Below, piece by piece: positions 27,428 through 40,636 of a stretch of 64,000 nucleotides of DNA. Position numbers and translations under genes: made by a program. This DNA is from Octopus sinensis (Eukaryota), in assembly GCF_006345805.1 (NCBI RefSeq), contig NC_043004.1, positions 17,422,001 through 17,486,000 on the forward strand. Direction: 5' to 3'. Below the pieces are notes generated by a model. It worked only from the letters and a program-made list of their open reading frames with translations. It made no database searches and was not told the DNA's origin. Within the stretch, counting starts at the first letter, position 1; each line of letters starts with the position of its first letter.

Positions 27428-27462
27428 GTTTAACGTTTCGAGCGAAGCTCTTTGTCAGAAAC
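27428..27462 (-). ncRNA. Minimal type I hammerhead variant (degenerate core)
   Basis: Minus strand reads GTTT-CTGACAA-A-GAGC(TTC)GCTC-GAAACGTT-AAAC. Stems intact; G8 is changed to A. Confidence 0.5.
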
Positions 27463-27779
27463 ATAGGAAAAGGAAAGATCCATGAAGGGAAGACGAAGGA
27501 AAAATATCGCCAACGGTACACACGCGGTCACAATATATATACATATATATATATGTATATATATATGTTTGTGTTTATCCCCACCATCGATTGACAACCG
27601 ATGTTAGTGCGTTTACATCACGTAACCTAGCGGTTCGGCAAAATACACCGATAGAATAAGTACTAGGCTTACAAAGAATAAGTCCGGGGGTCGATTCGTT
27701 CGACTAAAGGCATGGCTGCAGTCAAATGACTGAAAAAAGTAAAAGAATATTTTGTTTACAAGACAGTTATAATGACCTA

Positions 27780-28600
27780 GTGAGTAACTTCTGACTTTTC
27801 GTTATTTTCTCTCTTCGTGTTTGAAACCGTTACATTGCAAGTATAGCATCATCATTTCGTACTGTTGCACCATCTTTAGGAGTTAATATTGGCCAGCATT
27901 GGTATTATTGTTGAAGTTGAGAGGGTTTGAAACGGGTGACAGGTATTTTTTTTTCAAGAAATTTTTTCTCAGCTTTCAGTCGATTGTAGTTGAGATTACT
28001 AAGTTATCTGGATAAATTTTAGTCTTTAACAACCAATATTCTTTTCTCTGTTGGATTCCAAGCCAATTTTTTTTTACCACAATAATGTCTGATTTGATAG
28101 TTTTCTATTTTCAAAATGTGATGTCTAAACTGGGACAAAATGAGAAATGACTAATTTCAATAATTTCTTCTCTTTAATTGCATTTTGCGTAGAAACATCA
28201 AGGAGATGGCTATTCCAGCAGACCGTGAAGAAGCTAAAGAGAATGTTTTATGTTGGGTTTTTATGATTTGGTCGAATTTTGTTAATTTCATTTCATGTGC
28301 TATCTATCGTGATCCTCTTTCATTTGACCTAGGTATTTAAAAGTTTTGTTGCATTTCTGATCTTTCTGATGTAGGAGTCTTTTCTCAAATGTAATTCTGG
28401 ATAACTGAGTACACAAATTTACCTTATCACTACTTAATCATTTTACCCCATCTAAATTTCTCTTTTATATGTTCAAAAAGAACAGAGATTTTCTGAAATA
28501 GTTTTCTAAATATGTTAAAGAGTTTTTAAGGCATTTAGGGAAGGTTATTTGCTTAGCTGGTATTTTTGTGAAGTAGTGAACATTCGTGGAAAATATATTT
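27780..28600 (-). mobile_element. Possible very old RTE-like RT relic
   Basis: RITFEK...TFKYLG spacing resembles late RT motifs; many stops. Confidence 0.3.
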
Positions 28601-29406
28601 TCTCCCAAAGTAAAAAAAATGCTGTAAATATTACTCCTTGTACCCTGCCCCTATAACCATTGTTTGCCTTAAAAGGGTGCGGTCAGTTAACATCAAGGCA
28701 CGGAGATAAATGACGGCTCTGGAATTTACAACGTACAATAATATTTAATGCTGTAGCTATGTCGGTTCTGCAGATAAGTCACATGCTGGTTTTTACGACG
28801 TATTTTCATGGAAATAAGTTATATTCTATATATACTTATACTATATATACTTATTCTATATATACTTATAGAATTCATGTTACTTAATAAGGGAATAAAT
28901 AAATATTTCTGCATGTTAAGAAAATATAGCCTTAGTTATGTTAACTCCAGTAGAGAATTCAAAAGAAAAAAAATTATATCTGAGTAAATAAAGCAAAAAC
29001 AGCAAACTCTGTAAAATATTAACACATCTCACATATTCGTTGAAATAAATATGCAGAATATTCTAGATGTCTATGTCATTAAGCAATATAGAGATTGCAG
29101 ATTATTGTTATGTAACATACATTTCCGACAAGAGGTGAATCTTATAAAAATAATGATTGGAAATGAAATGCTGTTTTGTATTTCTTTATTTTTATTTGTT
29201 TCAGTCATTAAACTGAGACCATGCTGGGGCACTGCTCTGAAGAGTTTTAGTGAAACAAATCAGCACCAGCACTTGCGTTTCTTTTAAAGTTTGGTACTTA
29301 TTCTATCGAAATCTTTTGCTGAATTGACAGGTTACCGTGATGTAAACAAACCAATCCCAATTAAGCGGTGTGGGAGACAAACACAGACACGATATCACAC
29401 ACACAC

Positions 29407-29439
<33 letters not shown>

Positions 29440-29672
29440 CACACACACATGCGGCGGGCTTCCACACAGCTTCAATCTGCCAGATTCACTCGCAAGGTAT
29501 CGTAAAATCACCATTTTAGTACCAGCTAAAAAAGGAAGATATATATTTGAATTTTTCTTGTTATTTTCCTACTTTTCTTAACATGAAACCAATGGTACCT
29601 TTAATTCACAAGTAAAGAAATTATATCCACCAATGCGGTGTTGAGCACTCATTTTCATCGTTTGACATTTGC

Positions 29673-29711
<39 letters not shown>

Positions 29712-30387
29712 CATATGCACATATGCACATAAATTTTTATGCACGTGTGTGCATATGCATACACACACATATATGCATATATGTGTGCGCATTTATATAT
29801 TTATGTGTGTGCGTGCGTATAGGTATATGTATATACATGTATTGCAAAAAAATTTTGGCTTTATATAGTCACTATTACACGTGTTTCATTTACTAACAGA
29901 AGTTAGAAAATTGTGCATGTAATGTAAATCATGTTAGATATCTCGTATTAGAAATTCTTCAGATAGAGAATCAAATACATATAATATTTGCTAATAAAAT
30001 TATTTGATTCTCAGTCTGAAGAATTTCTGATAGGAGTTATCTTAATGCCTTACCTACATGTACAGTTTTCTACCTCCTATTAGCAAATGGAACACATGTA
30101 ATGGAGAACAAATAACATCAAAATGTTTTTCCAGTTTTCTTTTTTGATATGTAATTACTTTGCAGAAACTAGTTTCCAGTATTTTTCAACTCTTATACAT
30201 TTTCCACACAATTATGACATCTACATACAATTTTGAAGCACTGGAAAATACAAATATGCTTCACGAGGGCACAGATTGGATTATAGCTCAATCTACGTAG
30301 TATATATAGACATATATATATATATTATATAATATTATGTTTATATACTTATATATTGCATATGAATATTATATATATCTATATCTA

Positions 30388-30470
<83 letters not shown>

Positions 30471-32865
30471 ATATATATATATATATATATATGAAGGAGA
30501 GAGAGTAAACACAAATACCATTATATGTATATGTTTAGATCAATACAAATGCTACTACAACTGACGAAAGTTAAATGACTCCTGCAAGAAGTAATATTTG
30601 CAAATATATTCGAAAAAGGGGAGAAAAAAGAAAACTGTGAGCTAGTATTAACAAGTGTCACTTCGAAATATTGAACGCTCAAAACCCAGTACACTAACAC
30701 ATTAATACTAACATATTGATGCGGACACATCTATCTACGATAAAAAGTGATTATAAAAGTAATTAAGTCATTATTAAAGATCAAGTCCTGGGAGTCATAT
30801 AAATGAATGTGTGTGAGTGTGTGTGCATATGTGTGCGTATATTACTACACGTAAATGCCCTTAATATAATAAATGTGTTTAAAGGGAATAACTTAATTAT
30901 ATATTTTGTATAAATTTTTCCCTTAACTGGAAATTTACGCTGACTACTTGATAAATTCTTATATAGATTTTATCCTTATATCTAATTATATATATATAAT
31001 ATATATATATATATAATATATATATATATAATATATATATGTATATGTATGTATGTGTATACACACATATACATGCTTCAAATCTGTTGACTCACATAGT
31101 AGCATAAGATTACTCATTCATATTCAAGCGGTAAGAAGAAGAACGCATATAGAAATGTACAAAAATTTCCTTTTATAGTAATAGAAACGTCTAAAACACT
31201 TTACCATGCTTATACGTATGTGCAAACAAAATTGCTGATAAATTGACACACACACAAACACACACACACACTCACACACACATAATAAGAAAATTACATA
31301 TCTCAATGCATTCAGTGATAAATATGAAAATTATTCGTAAGGTGACGTCAGAATGTTTATATAGAAACATGTATGAAACATTAAAAAGGATACAAATACT
31401 TTATACTATTATAATAAACGCGAAATTTTTTCCGTCCGTCCGCGACCCCTGTGTCTCCGACTAAATTCTCTTTACATTGACATATATCATTTTGGAACCA
31501 TGATCCCTGGATTAAAAATCTGCCCTTTATTTGGTTCTTGAACATCTAGCATTGGGATCAGGTCTGGATGAGGAGTGGTTGTATGCTAACAGTTGAAAAT
31601 TCAAATTTTAAAAGAACTCCGAAAATTTGTTAACTTGTAAGTTTTTCATGTAAACTGAATTTAAAGTAATACCAAAATATTGTGAATTAAAAAAATTTTT
31701 GCAATGCAGCTAATTTAAAACTAAATCCATATTAGAGAGAGGGGTTTCATGTTCGTGAGGTTTCGAAGTTCCTCGGAATTTGTGAATTGGAGCGCTCGGA
31801 AGGAAATATTCAACAACTCAAAGTTTCGGCACAAATCTGAATTTCGGCAAGATCGGGCTTCCGCCTGATCGAACTTCAGCGGAGTCAGTTTATTCGGAGA
31901 TTTGGATGCCGTAAGATTTGTGAGTGAGTGAATTTGGTAGAATGAAACTGCGAGGAAGCCCGTCGTATACACACACATATATATATATATATATGTCTAG
32001 GTGATTATATGTCTTTGTGTTTGCATTTGTTACCCCCACCGTATACCGCTTGACAACTTGTGTTGGTTTGTTTACGTTTCCGTAAACAGCAGTTTGGCAA
32101 AAGTTATCAATAGAATAAGTAACAGATTTAAAACTAATAAATACTAGCATTGATTTGTTCGACTAAAACCTTTCAAGGTGGTGCCCCAGCATGGCCACAA
32201 TCGAATGCCTGAAGTAAACGACAAAAACAAAACAATAATTCCTAACCAGTTTCACTTCCAGTTACCTAATCAATTACGATATAAACGAACAAAGCTGCTT
32301 TTCCATTTTTTTTTCTCTTTCACTAACGCATAATTTGTTTAACAGTAACTTTCATTTCAGCAAGTATAAATCTTGGCTGTGACTTCTTCACTGACACTCA
32401 TTTCTTGTTATTACGACTTTGAATATAATATTCACGCTATCATATCTTTTGTTCTCTATTAATATTTTTCTCTTTGGTGTAGTTTTTTTTTATTTTTACC
32501 TATCCTTGTTCATAAGGTGTCTGAATGTTTTAATATTTGTACAAACATCACCTTTGATCGTGTCCGGAAAATTCTTCGTAAGAAACTTAACCGTATTGGA
32601 AAATTCGCCTGAATGAACAATGATAAAGCGTATTATATTAGCATTTTAAAAAATAAAAATAAAAGTCAATGATAAACGGTTTATATAAAAGTATTAAACA
32701 GGCGAATTTTTATTCAGCGTCAGACATTAAAAAAAAAAACATGAAGAGGTTATTTGAAACGAAATTTCTGGCGGCGAATTTTCCTACGGCAAAAACATTA
32801 ATGACCTGTAGGAATACCCTATTTCCTTATGCAACCATAATATACTACAAAGTCAATGTGTTTAA

Positions 32866-33368
32866 TCCATTGCCTGTCATGAGCCCCATTTGGGGATCTG
32901 ATAAAAATAGTTTCACTGCCGGTTGTTCGTTGTATTGCTTATGTACATCGCATTTGCAGAGGTGTGTTTAACAAAATTTAATAATTAAAGTTTCTCATTA
33001 TTAGCTCAGGCTAATCCTAAAGGACATTTTGTCATAAGTCGCAATTTTTGAACTACAAAAATATTGACTATTTTGAAAAGGGTTTTTTTTTTGTTTTTGT
33101 ATTTCCCATCTATATCATTCACTCATATTTCATACACATTCGCATTTGATACTATCGTTTCTAAAAACTAAAATGTTTATTATTGCTATTGAAAAGGATA
33201 AGTATGCTTTTTTTTCCAACGATCCTCATTGGGGCTTTTCGAAAAATTTATCATAATTTCCAAAATAATTCTCATATGAAGAAAATTTAAATGCTATATA
33301 TTATTTTAACTCCTAAGACACCTGGCAAAACCAAAAACTCTGAATAAAAAAATTTGGCAATTAATGGG
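32866..33368. mobile_element. Possible piggyBac-type MITE (decayed)
   Basis: TTAA-TCCATTG... and ...AATGGG-TTAA ends; imperfect TIRs. Confidence 0.35.
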
Positions 33369-33409
33369 TTAATATATAAAATTGATACACCGTTATATTT
33401 AGTGGATAT

Positions 33410-33676
33410 TTAAGTAATGAGTTCGTCGATGATAAACGGGTTGGACGGGTGCTGATGACGGAGCAAAAACTCATGAAATATGGAATATACAGCCATTACC
33501 CATTTTTCCTCTTCGATCTCATTGTTGCTTATATCAAGCGTCTCGGATACGAAACGTAACAAAATCAATGCTGGCGATAATTTCTGTTGAAAATCTGTAG
33601 ACATGACCTTAGCAAGTACTGCAAAAATATTTACTGCAACATTTTGTATAACCACCTTCGATGTGATACGTATCTA
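33410..33676 (-). other. Candidate coding exon of unknown gene
   Basis: Pyrimidine-rich acceptor TTTTTTAATTACATAG followed by ~88 stop-free, non-repetitive codons (IRITSKVVIQNVAVNIFAVLAKVMSTDFQQKLSPALILLRF..); possible internal donor TGG|GTAATG. No recognisable family. Confidence 0.25.
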
Positions 33677-33953
33677 TGTAATTAAAAAATTATCTTATCC
33701 TTCAACTACAAATTATGATATATTAGTGTTCTGTATTTAGGATACAATGGGTATGTTTAACCGTGATACTTGATAATATTACTCGCTTGCATGCTTACAG
33801 TAACTATTTCGAGATTTCCAACAACCATCCTGCGAATTTAAAAAATTCTCTAAACCTATTTGTGCGACAGGTTTTTGCACTTACATTTGTACATATATAC
33901 GTGATGCTATACCCGTTCGCTTATATGTATATACATATGTATGTATGTGTGTA

Positions 33954-33991
<38 letters not shown>

Positions 33992-34030
33992 CATTAGAGA
34001 ACAAGATGTACGTTACGCCGCAATAATATA

Positions 34031-34844
34031 TGTATAAAAATTGTATATAAAAAAATACAAAATGGGACAAGAACGCAAAACACACAAAGAGACGACACAA
34101 AAAACGGACGGGTCATTCGAAGCCTCTAATCTTCAGTCAGGAACCGGATCATCCTCGCAATTTCGGCTGATTAATCCTGAAATCGCTCCGATCCGGCCGG
34201 CCCCAAGGAAAAACTAAGCTACGAGCATTAGATTTCTTGGAAAAAGGATCGAATGTATACGAAACAAGGACAGAAAAACGGACGATGCCACACGAATATA
34301 AATACAAAAAACAAAAATAAAAGACAAGAATAGTAATAACAGGAGAAAAACCACGGGTGTCTTACGACTTTAGACAGTTCAACTTATCTTAGCTGGCGTA
34401 TTTGGAAATAAATGCCTTTGCGGCAGACAAAGAAAACGGTGTTGTCGTGGCGGCGGTCAAAGACCGAAAGGCTAGTTGACCAGCGGTCACGTGAGAGGAG
34501 AGAAGAAGAGAGAGAAAAACAGGGGGCAAAGGAATCAAAGAGAGAGAAAAAGAGGGACAAAGGCACCAAGGGGGGAATGAGAGAGAAAGAAGGAATTAAA
34601 GAGGGGAGAAGAAACAGAGCGTGCCAAGGATTGGCTTGGCAACAGAATCAGTGGTGCAAAGTGAGAAAGACAGAGAAATGTGAGAGAGTGGGGGAAGAGG
34701 AGACCAAAGAATCAGAGGCAAGAAAAGAATCGTTTTCTTCGTCTGCCGCAAAGGCATTTATTTCCAAATACGCCAGCTAAGATAAGTTGAACTGTCTAAA
34801 GTTCTTGTCCCATTTTGTATTTTTTTATATATAATTTTTATACA
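34031..34844. repeat. Two-part inverted repeat around a purine-rich spacer
   Basis: Inner arms 34367-34438 / 34731-34802 and outer arms 34031-34074 / 34801-34844. The right side is a fused reverse complement of both left segments, lacking the ~290 bp between them. Confidence 0.88.
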
Positions 34845-34848
34845 GACA

Positions 34849-34938
<90 letters not shown>

Positions 34939-35034
34939 AAATTTATATAAATAAGGATAAGAGCGTTGATTTAATTATCGATCTTATCAAGTGGCCAGCA
35001 TGGTAATAAAAACCTTCAAAGGTAATAATTATTG

Positions 35035-35217
35035 TTAAAATTATAGTTTAGGGTATGTAAGAGATAGCTCCATGCTGGAAATAGCAGCCAAAGCTTGACT
35101 CTAAAACCACATTAAATGTTCATGCGGTATGAACATTTAATGCGGTTTTAGAGTCAAGTTTTGGCTACTTTTTCCAGAGTGGAGGTATCTCTTAGATACC
35201 CTAATTATAATTTTAAT
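35035..35217. repeat. Fold-back hairpin, ~89-bp arms, 5-nt loop GCGGT
   Basis: ..CTTGACTCTAAAACCACATTAAATGTTCAT-GCGGT-ATGAACATTTAATGCGGTTTTAGAGTCAAG..; the outer arms are more diverged. Confidence 0.9.
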
Positions 35218-35242
35218 ATGTACGTATGTATATATATGTATT

Positions 35243-35328
<86 letters not shown>

Positions 35329-36126
35329 GGGGCTTAGTTCACTAGTGATCTAGATGAATAGGTTAGGTTCCAAATTCACAGCTGAGGCTGGAGCCAGGGA
35401 TCTGTAGTAGGCTTTTGGGTTAGCAGGTATATATTAGAGGAAAAAAGGGACAAAAAACCGATTTTGCGTGACGACTTAAGGAAGACAAAATGAAGTATAA
35501 CATAACTTGGTCGAGCAAACCTTATAATAGCATTTCCAAGAGATGCCGTCTCAGCTCCGGGGAACCCCTATTTATTCAGTGGACCCATGAAAATATCATT
35601 AATAGAATTTCTGAAGGACTCCCAAGATGCTTGCATGCATATAAATGTACATTCGCACAATGCAGTGGGATTGAATTTGAATAACTGTTAACACAATTTG
35701 CTTTAAGGTGTGGTTGAATTAAGTTTAGCTTTAACCTCCACCTTCTTATAAACACAAAGTAGCTATTTAACTCGCTATATTAACGTACGTGTGCCGAATA
35801 CGCTTGAGTTTTTGTGGATGTTTGTATGAGCGAGTTTACATGCGTCATACAACCTACGCGAAGGTGTTTATACATCCATATCCGTTAACGTTTATTTTTA
35901 ATACTTTTTTCGCTGTATTGCTTGTTCGTTTCTATTTTGCATCTGTTGTTTTATTATTGATCTTCTATATAAATAAAGCTATATCCTTTAATTTTCCGCA
36001 TTTATTTGAACGAAATCAGAAGATTCATTACGGAACTGTTATTTAAACGAGTTATAACTATCGATTTATCACCCGGAAAGACATCTGCACCACCAGATTC
36101 TCCTGAACCAGTTGTTAAACATTCCA

Positions 36127-36165
36127 CTGGTGAGGGATCGATGCTAGATCCTCGAAACAATTGTA
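36127..36165 (+). ncRNA. Degenerate hammerhead motif
   Basis: CTGGTGA-GGGATC(GATGCTA)GATCCTC-GAA-ACAATTGT-A. Palindromic stem III; A6 changed to G; stem I poor. Confidence 0.45.
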
Positions 36166-36213
36166 ATGATTAATAAAAATTCTCATGTCTTCCATCTTCC
36201 GTCTCTCATTTAC

Positions 36214-36286
<73 letters not shown>

Positions 36287-36464
36287 ATGAGAGGTAATGA
36301 TGTCAATGAGACCCAAATGTGTCAGGTAATGCTGAATAAGTGCTATGGATAGACCATAATTAAGTTCCAGATTCGATCATTACGAGAATAAGGGGTCCAA
36401 CTTAGGTCATACATCAGCGTGTGTATATAAAATCTTTTCGTAATTAGATAAAAAAAACAAGACT

Positions 36465-36576
36465 GTGTAGATTTTAGAACATTTATAAATAGGTCTTACA
36501 GTCTCCCATGAAGGGAGATAATAAATATCCTAGAAACAGCTGTAAGACCTATTTATAAATGTTCTAAAATCTACAC
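36465..36576. repeat. Short inverted repeat, ~37-bp arms
   Basis: GTGTAGATTTTAGAACATTTATAAATAGGTCTTACAG mirrored by CTGTAAGACCTATTTATAAATGTTCTAAAATCTACAC. Confidence 0.9.
36501..36548 (+). ncRNA. Degenerate hammerhead motif inside a short inverted repeat
   Basis: GTCT-CCCATGA-..GATA(ATAAA)TATC..-GAA-ACAGCTGT-A-AGAC. Stems I and III intact; two core substitutions. Confidence 0.45.
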
Positions 36577-36603
36577 GGCCTTGGTTATTTGTCTCATTAC
36601 GAA

Positions 36604-36779
<176 letters not shown>

Positions 36780-36818
36780 CATATATATATATATATATAT
36801 AATATATATATATAATAT

Positions 36819-36864
<46 letters not shown>

Positions 36865-38432
36865 ATATATATATATATTATATATATGTGTATATAGGTG
36901 CAGTCTTGGCTGTGTGTTAAGAAGCTGGCTTCCAAACCGCATGGTTTCGGGCTCAGTCCCACTGCGTGACACCTTGGGCGAGTGTCTTTTACTATATCCT
37001 CGGGCCGACCAAAGCCTTGTGAGTGGATTTATATGTGTGTGTGTCTCTGTGTTTGTGTTTGCCCCTCACCACTGCTTAACAACCGGTGGTGATGTGTTTA
37101 CGTCCCCGTAAAAAAGTCCTAGGGTTGATTTGCTCGATTAAAGCCCTTCAAGGTGGTGCCCCAGCATCGTTGCAGTCAAATGACTGAAACAAGTAAAGAG
37201 TAAAAGATAAAAGTTATGTACACACACACACACATATGTATGTATATATGTACGCATGTATGTATACACGCACACGCACACACACATATATATATATACA
37301 TTATAAAAAAAGATGAATGGATTATCTAGTATTATTGCTACAATTGCTTCAGTAGGAGTCTTTATTGTAGTATAAACATAATACAGTTAGATGCGTAACA
37401 TGTTACATAATCAACAGATCATCAATAAACAAAATTTCAAATAAGAAATATAAAGATTTAAGAAATTTAATGTAGGGTGTGTCTCCAACCTGTCGATTTA
37501 GACGGGTAGATAGTGGAATAAGGTCGTAAATATAAGGGTAGGTAAATGCATTTATATCCTAATGAAGTAACTAAGAGTAGCGACCTCATCAGCAAAGGCC
37601 AATAGTAGCAGGATTTACTAGAATACACCAAGCAATAGGTGCCAAGCATGACATTTGACCATGTCAAAATGTTCGAAGTCATCTGCCAACGCAGCTCTGA
37701 GAGTCATTTATTGTACTATAATACTTTAAAGTCAGCGTTAGTTGTTTTTACTAACTTAATTAATCATGATAAGAGCGTTCCAAAAGAATATTACCGAACT
37801 AAGATAATATTAGCATAATTTAACGAAGATCGAGCTACTTATAAGACGGGGGAATAATTTAAGGTAGAACCGCTGATTAGCTACGTTTTTATAAGAAATT
37901 CTAGGGGAGAGGGAGGGAAAAGAAAGACGGAGAAGAAAAGAAGAAAATGTAATAAAACAAAAGAAAAATCAAGTAGAGAGAAAAAATTAGAGGGAAAGTG
38001 GTCCACGTGCTGACAGGAAGATGGCATTAGCATAAACAATTAAAGAAATGAGCATTCTAGAATAATGAAATTTGTACAAGTAATAAACAGTATTAACATA
38101 AAGATAAAAATGTATAAATTTATGAATTTACGTGGTTTGAAAAATGAAATATGTAGATATCAGTTAATTAGCTGTAAAGAATCAGTTGAAAGACTAAAGT
38201 GTGTTTGAGAAATAAAAGCAGAACAGTTACACGCGAGAAATAAGTCGAAAGACGTTAACCCAACTTTTATATCAACAAAGCATTTAATTTAAATGACTAT
38301 TTACTATAAATTTAAGTCTAAATAATAAGTAATTAAATCAAATAAATATATATTATGTTGAAATCAATTTATATTACTATAATAAATATATATTTAAAAA
38401 CAATATAATTATTTATTTATTAGCTAAATCTA

Positions 38433-39159
38433 TTATAAAGGTACTTTAATTTGTTTACATTTAATTTTACGTTTCTCCAATGAGTTTACCAACGCATAAT
38501 TGTTATTAAATAATATTTCTTTAAATTCGTTATTAAAAAGAGAACAATTATCACTCCCTATAGTATATGATTTAGCCCTACAAATAATATCCCAATTTAT
38601 TTATATTTAATAGATCTTGATTTAAGGTCCCAAATATATTTACTGAGACCTGTTGAATTTATAAGATTTTTATTCCTAAAAGATTACATATGTTGAGAAA
38701 TTCTAGATTTAATTTTATTCATAGTGGACCCTATATAAATAGTATTTAAATTAAGATAATTCAAATTCTTATCATCTATTATAGTTACCATACACTTATA
38801 GACTACATTATCTAAATTACAATAATTATTAAATTTAAATCCAGACTTATCTCTACATGTACAATAAATTAACTCTTGGTCTTTATTATTATTATTGGAA
38901 TCATTATTTAATCTATCTTTATAGAATTTCTTTAATTTAAAAATATTACATGAATAAATAATATTACCAACATTATTAGTAGTTGAATAACCAACTCCAA
39001 AATTATCTTTAGAAAAAATATAATATTTTTTTATTATCCCTAATAAATACTTCAATTATATTTAAAAATCTCTTTAATAAGATTTGTTTTAACCTGAGCC
39101 CCAAAAGGAATGATTAACCATATTTTATTTTTATTTTTATCTTTTATATTATGATTATA

Positions 39160-39235
<76 letters not shown>

Positions 39236-39680
39236 CTATCATTATTATTACTATCATTATTATTATTATTATTATTATTGTTATTATTACTATCATTATT
39301 ATTACTATAATTATTTGTAATATTATTAAATTTATTATCTTCATTAATTGAAAAAAATTTTATCTTATTTTTATTATGATTACTATTCTTTTTATTTTTT
39401 TTATTCTAATATTAAATTTATGATTTACATCATCAAAATTCCTATTATTCTTAAGACGATAAATACCTAAATAAAATTTATCATAATAAAAATCATTAAA
39501 ACTATTATCTTTTAAATTATAACTATGTTAACAAATATTAAAGAATTTAATATTATTATTGTATCCTGCCTCATTCAGGGCTTTATTATAATAAGGTGCA
39601 TGTTTATTAAAAGTCTCAAAATCATAAGAAAGTAATAATTTAAGCATTGTTTTTAGTTTTCCCTTAATGCATATTTAGTA
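38433..39680 (-). mobile_element. Penelope-like element relic (end of RT thumb, linker, GIY-YIG endonuclease)
   Basis: Translations FNKHAPYYNKALNEAGY; VKTNL; YSTTNNVGNII; CTCRDK..YCNLDNVVYKC..IYIGSTMNKIKSRISQH; SFRN..STGLSKYIWDLK..WDII..C match the PLE thumb, CxC-C-H and GIY-YIG layout. Contains stops and frameshifts; the RT core is missing. Confidence 0.85.
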
Positions 39681-39692
39681 TCTTATATATAT

Positions 39693-39739
<47 letters not shown>

Positions 39740-39964
39740 TAAAACTAATGTAGGATAAATTTTTTTTTTCGGGAAAATTTTTTTATCAATGGCCAGCATA
39801 TCAAAAAACACCTTCAAATGTTAAATTTATTAATAATTTACAAGATAAGGGCAAAAGAAAAATTCAAATGCCAAATTTGCCGAAAGAAAGACAAAAATTG
39901 TCAATCACCATTATAATTTATGCGTCTCGAAACAAACCGATAGAAATTTCTAAAAAATTCGTTA

Positions 39965-40023
39965 TTACCGTATTGGTCCAATTTCGGGGTTAATTCATAG
40001 AATTTTCCCCTCTTCAGCGGCAA
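39965..40023 (-). ncRNA. Type I hammerhead ribozyme, mirror copy of 40068-40125
   Basis: Reverse-complement copy in the left arm of the palindrome, with a GGGG/CCCC stem II. Same sense as the PLE ORF. Confidence 0.85.
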
Positions 40024-40067
40024 ATACTTGAGATATAAGTGAAATACTTACTCATACCCATGGGTAT

Positions 40068-40125
40068 TTGCCGCTGAAGAGGGGAAAATTCTATGAATTA
40101 ACCCGAAATTGGACCAATACGGTAA
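40068..40125 (+). ncRNA. Type I hammerhead ribozyme (PLE-associated)
   Basis: Stem I TTGCCG/CGGTAA, core CTGAAGA, stem II GGG..AATTC-TAT-GAATT..CCC, GAAA, near-palindromic stem III ATTGGACCAAT, cleavage triplet AUA after 40119. Confidence 0.85.
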
Positions 40126-40354
40126 TAACGAATTTTTTAGAAATTTCTATCGGTTTGTTTCGAGACGCATAAATTATAATGGTGATTGACAATTTTTGTA
40201 TTTCTTTCGGCATATTTGGCATTTGAATTTTTCTTTTGCCCTTATGTTGTAAATTATATATATATATATTTTTTTTTTAAGAATATATTTATATTTTAAA
40301 AGACTTTTTACGTATATTTATTAATTAATTATTTTATTATTCTAGTTTATCTTT

Positions 40355-40457
40355 AACCTGATGAGTGACTATATTTATATCGAAGTGATTTTACTACTAC
40401 TATTAATTTTTTTACTATAATCATTTCTTAAATATATCCACGAAACACGTGTCTTTA
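40355..40457 (+). ncRNA. Hammerhead-like motif with extended stem II
   Basis: CTGATGA at 40358; stem II GTG..TATATTTA..GAAGTGATT / AATCATTTC..TAAATATA..CAC; GAAA at 40442; palindromic stem III ACACGTGT; GUC triplet at 40451-40453. Stem I is weak (3 bp plus a mismatch). Confidence 0.65.
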
Positions 40458-40636
40458 TTCTACCAAATATATACGTTTTTATTATTATTTTGCAATTTAC
40501 TTAATAATCGGTATATTATTGTTATTTTATTTGAAATATTTCTATTATATGTAATTTTCTAGATCGTGTAATTTAATTGTTCATTTTGACTTGGTAAAAG
40601 GTGTTTTTTTCTAATTTATATATATATATATATATA

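Larger units (their letters stand above)
39832..40258. repeat. Inverted repeat, ~195-bp arms and ~37-bp spacer, at the 5' side of the PLE relic
   Basis: AATTTACAAGATAAGGGC..CAGCGGCAAATAC mirrored by GTATTTGCCGCTG..GCCCTTATGTTGTAAATT, with few mismatches. Confidence 0.93.

Noticed and set aside
34105-34140. CTGAAGA..GAAT motif (also at 61255-61290) as a hammerhead
   Set aside because: Stem II cannot be formed canonically, and GAAT replaces GAAA.
37500-37600. CTGATGAGGTCG...CGACC on the minus strand
   Set aside because: No GAAA or stem III follows the putative stem II.
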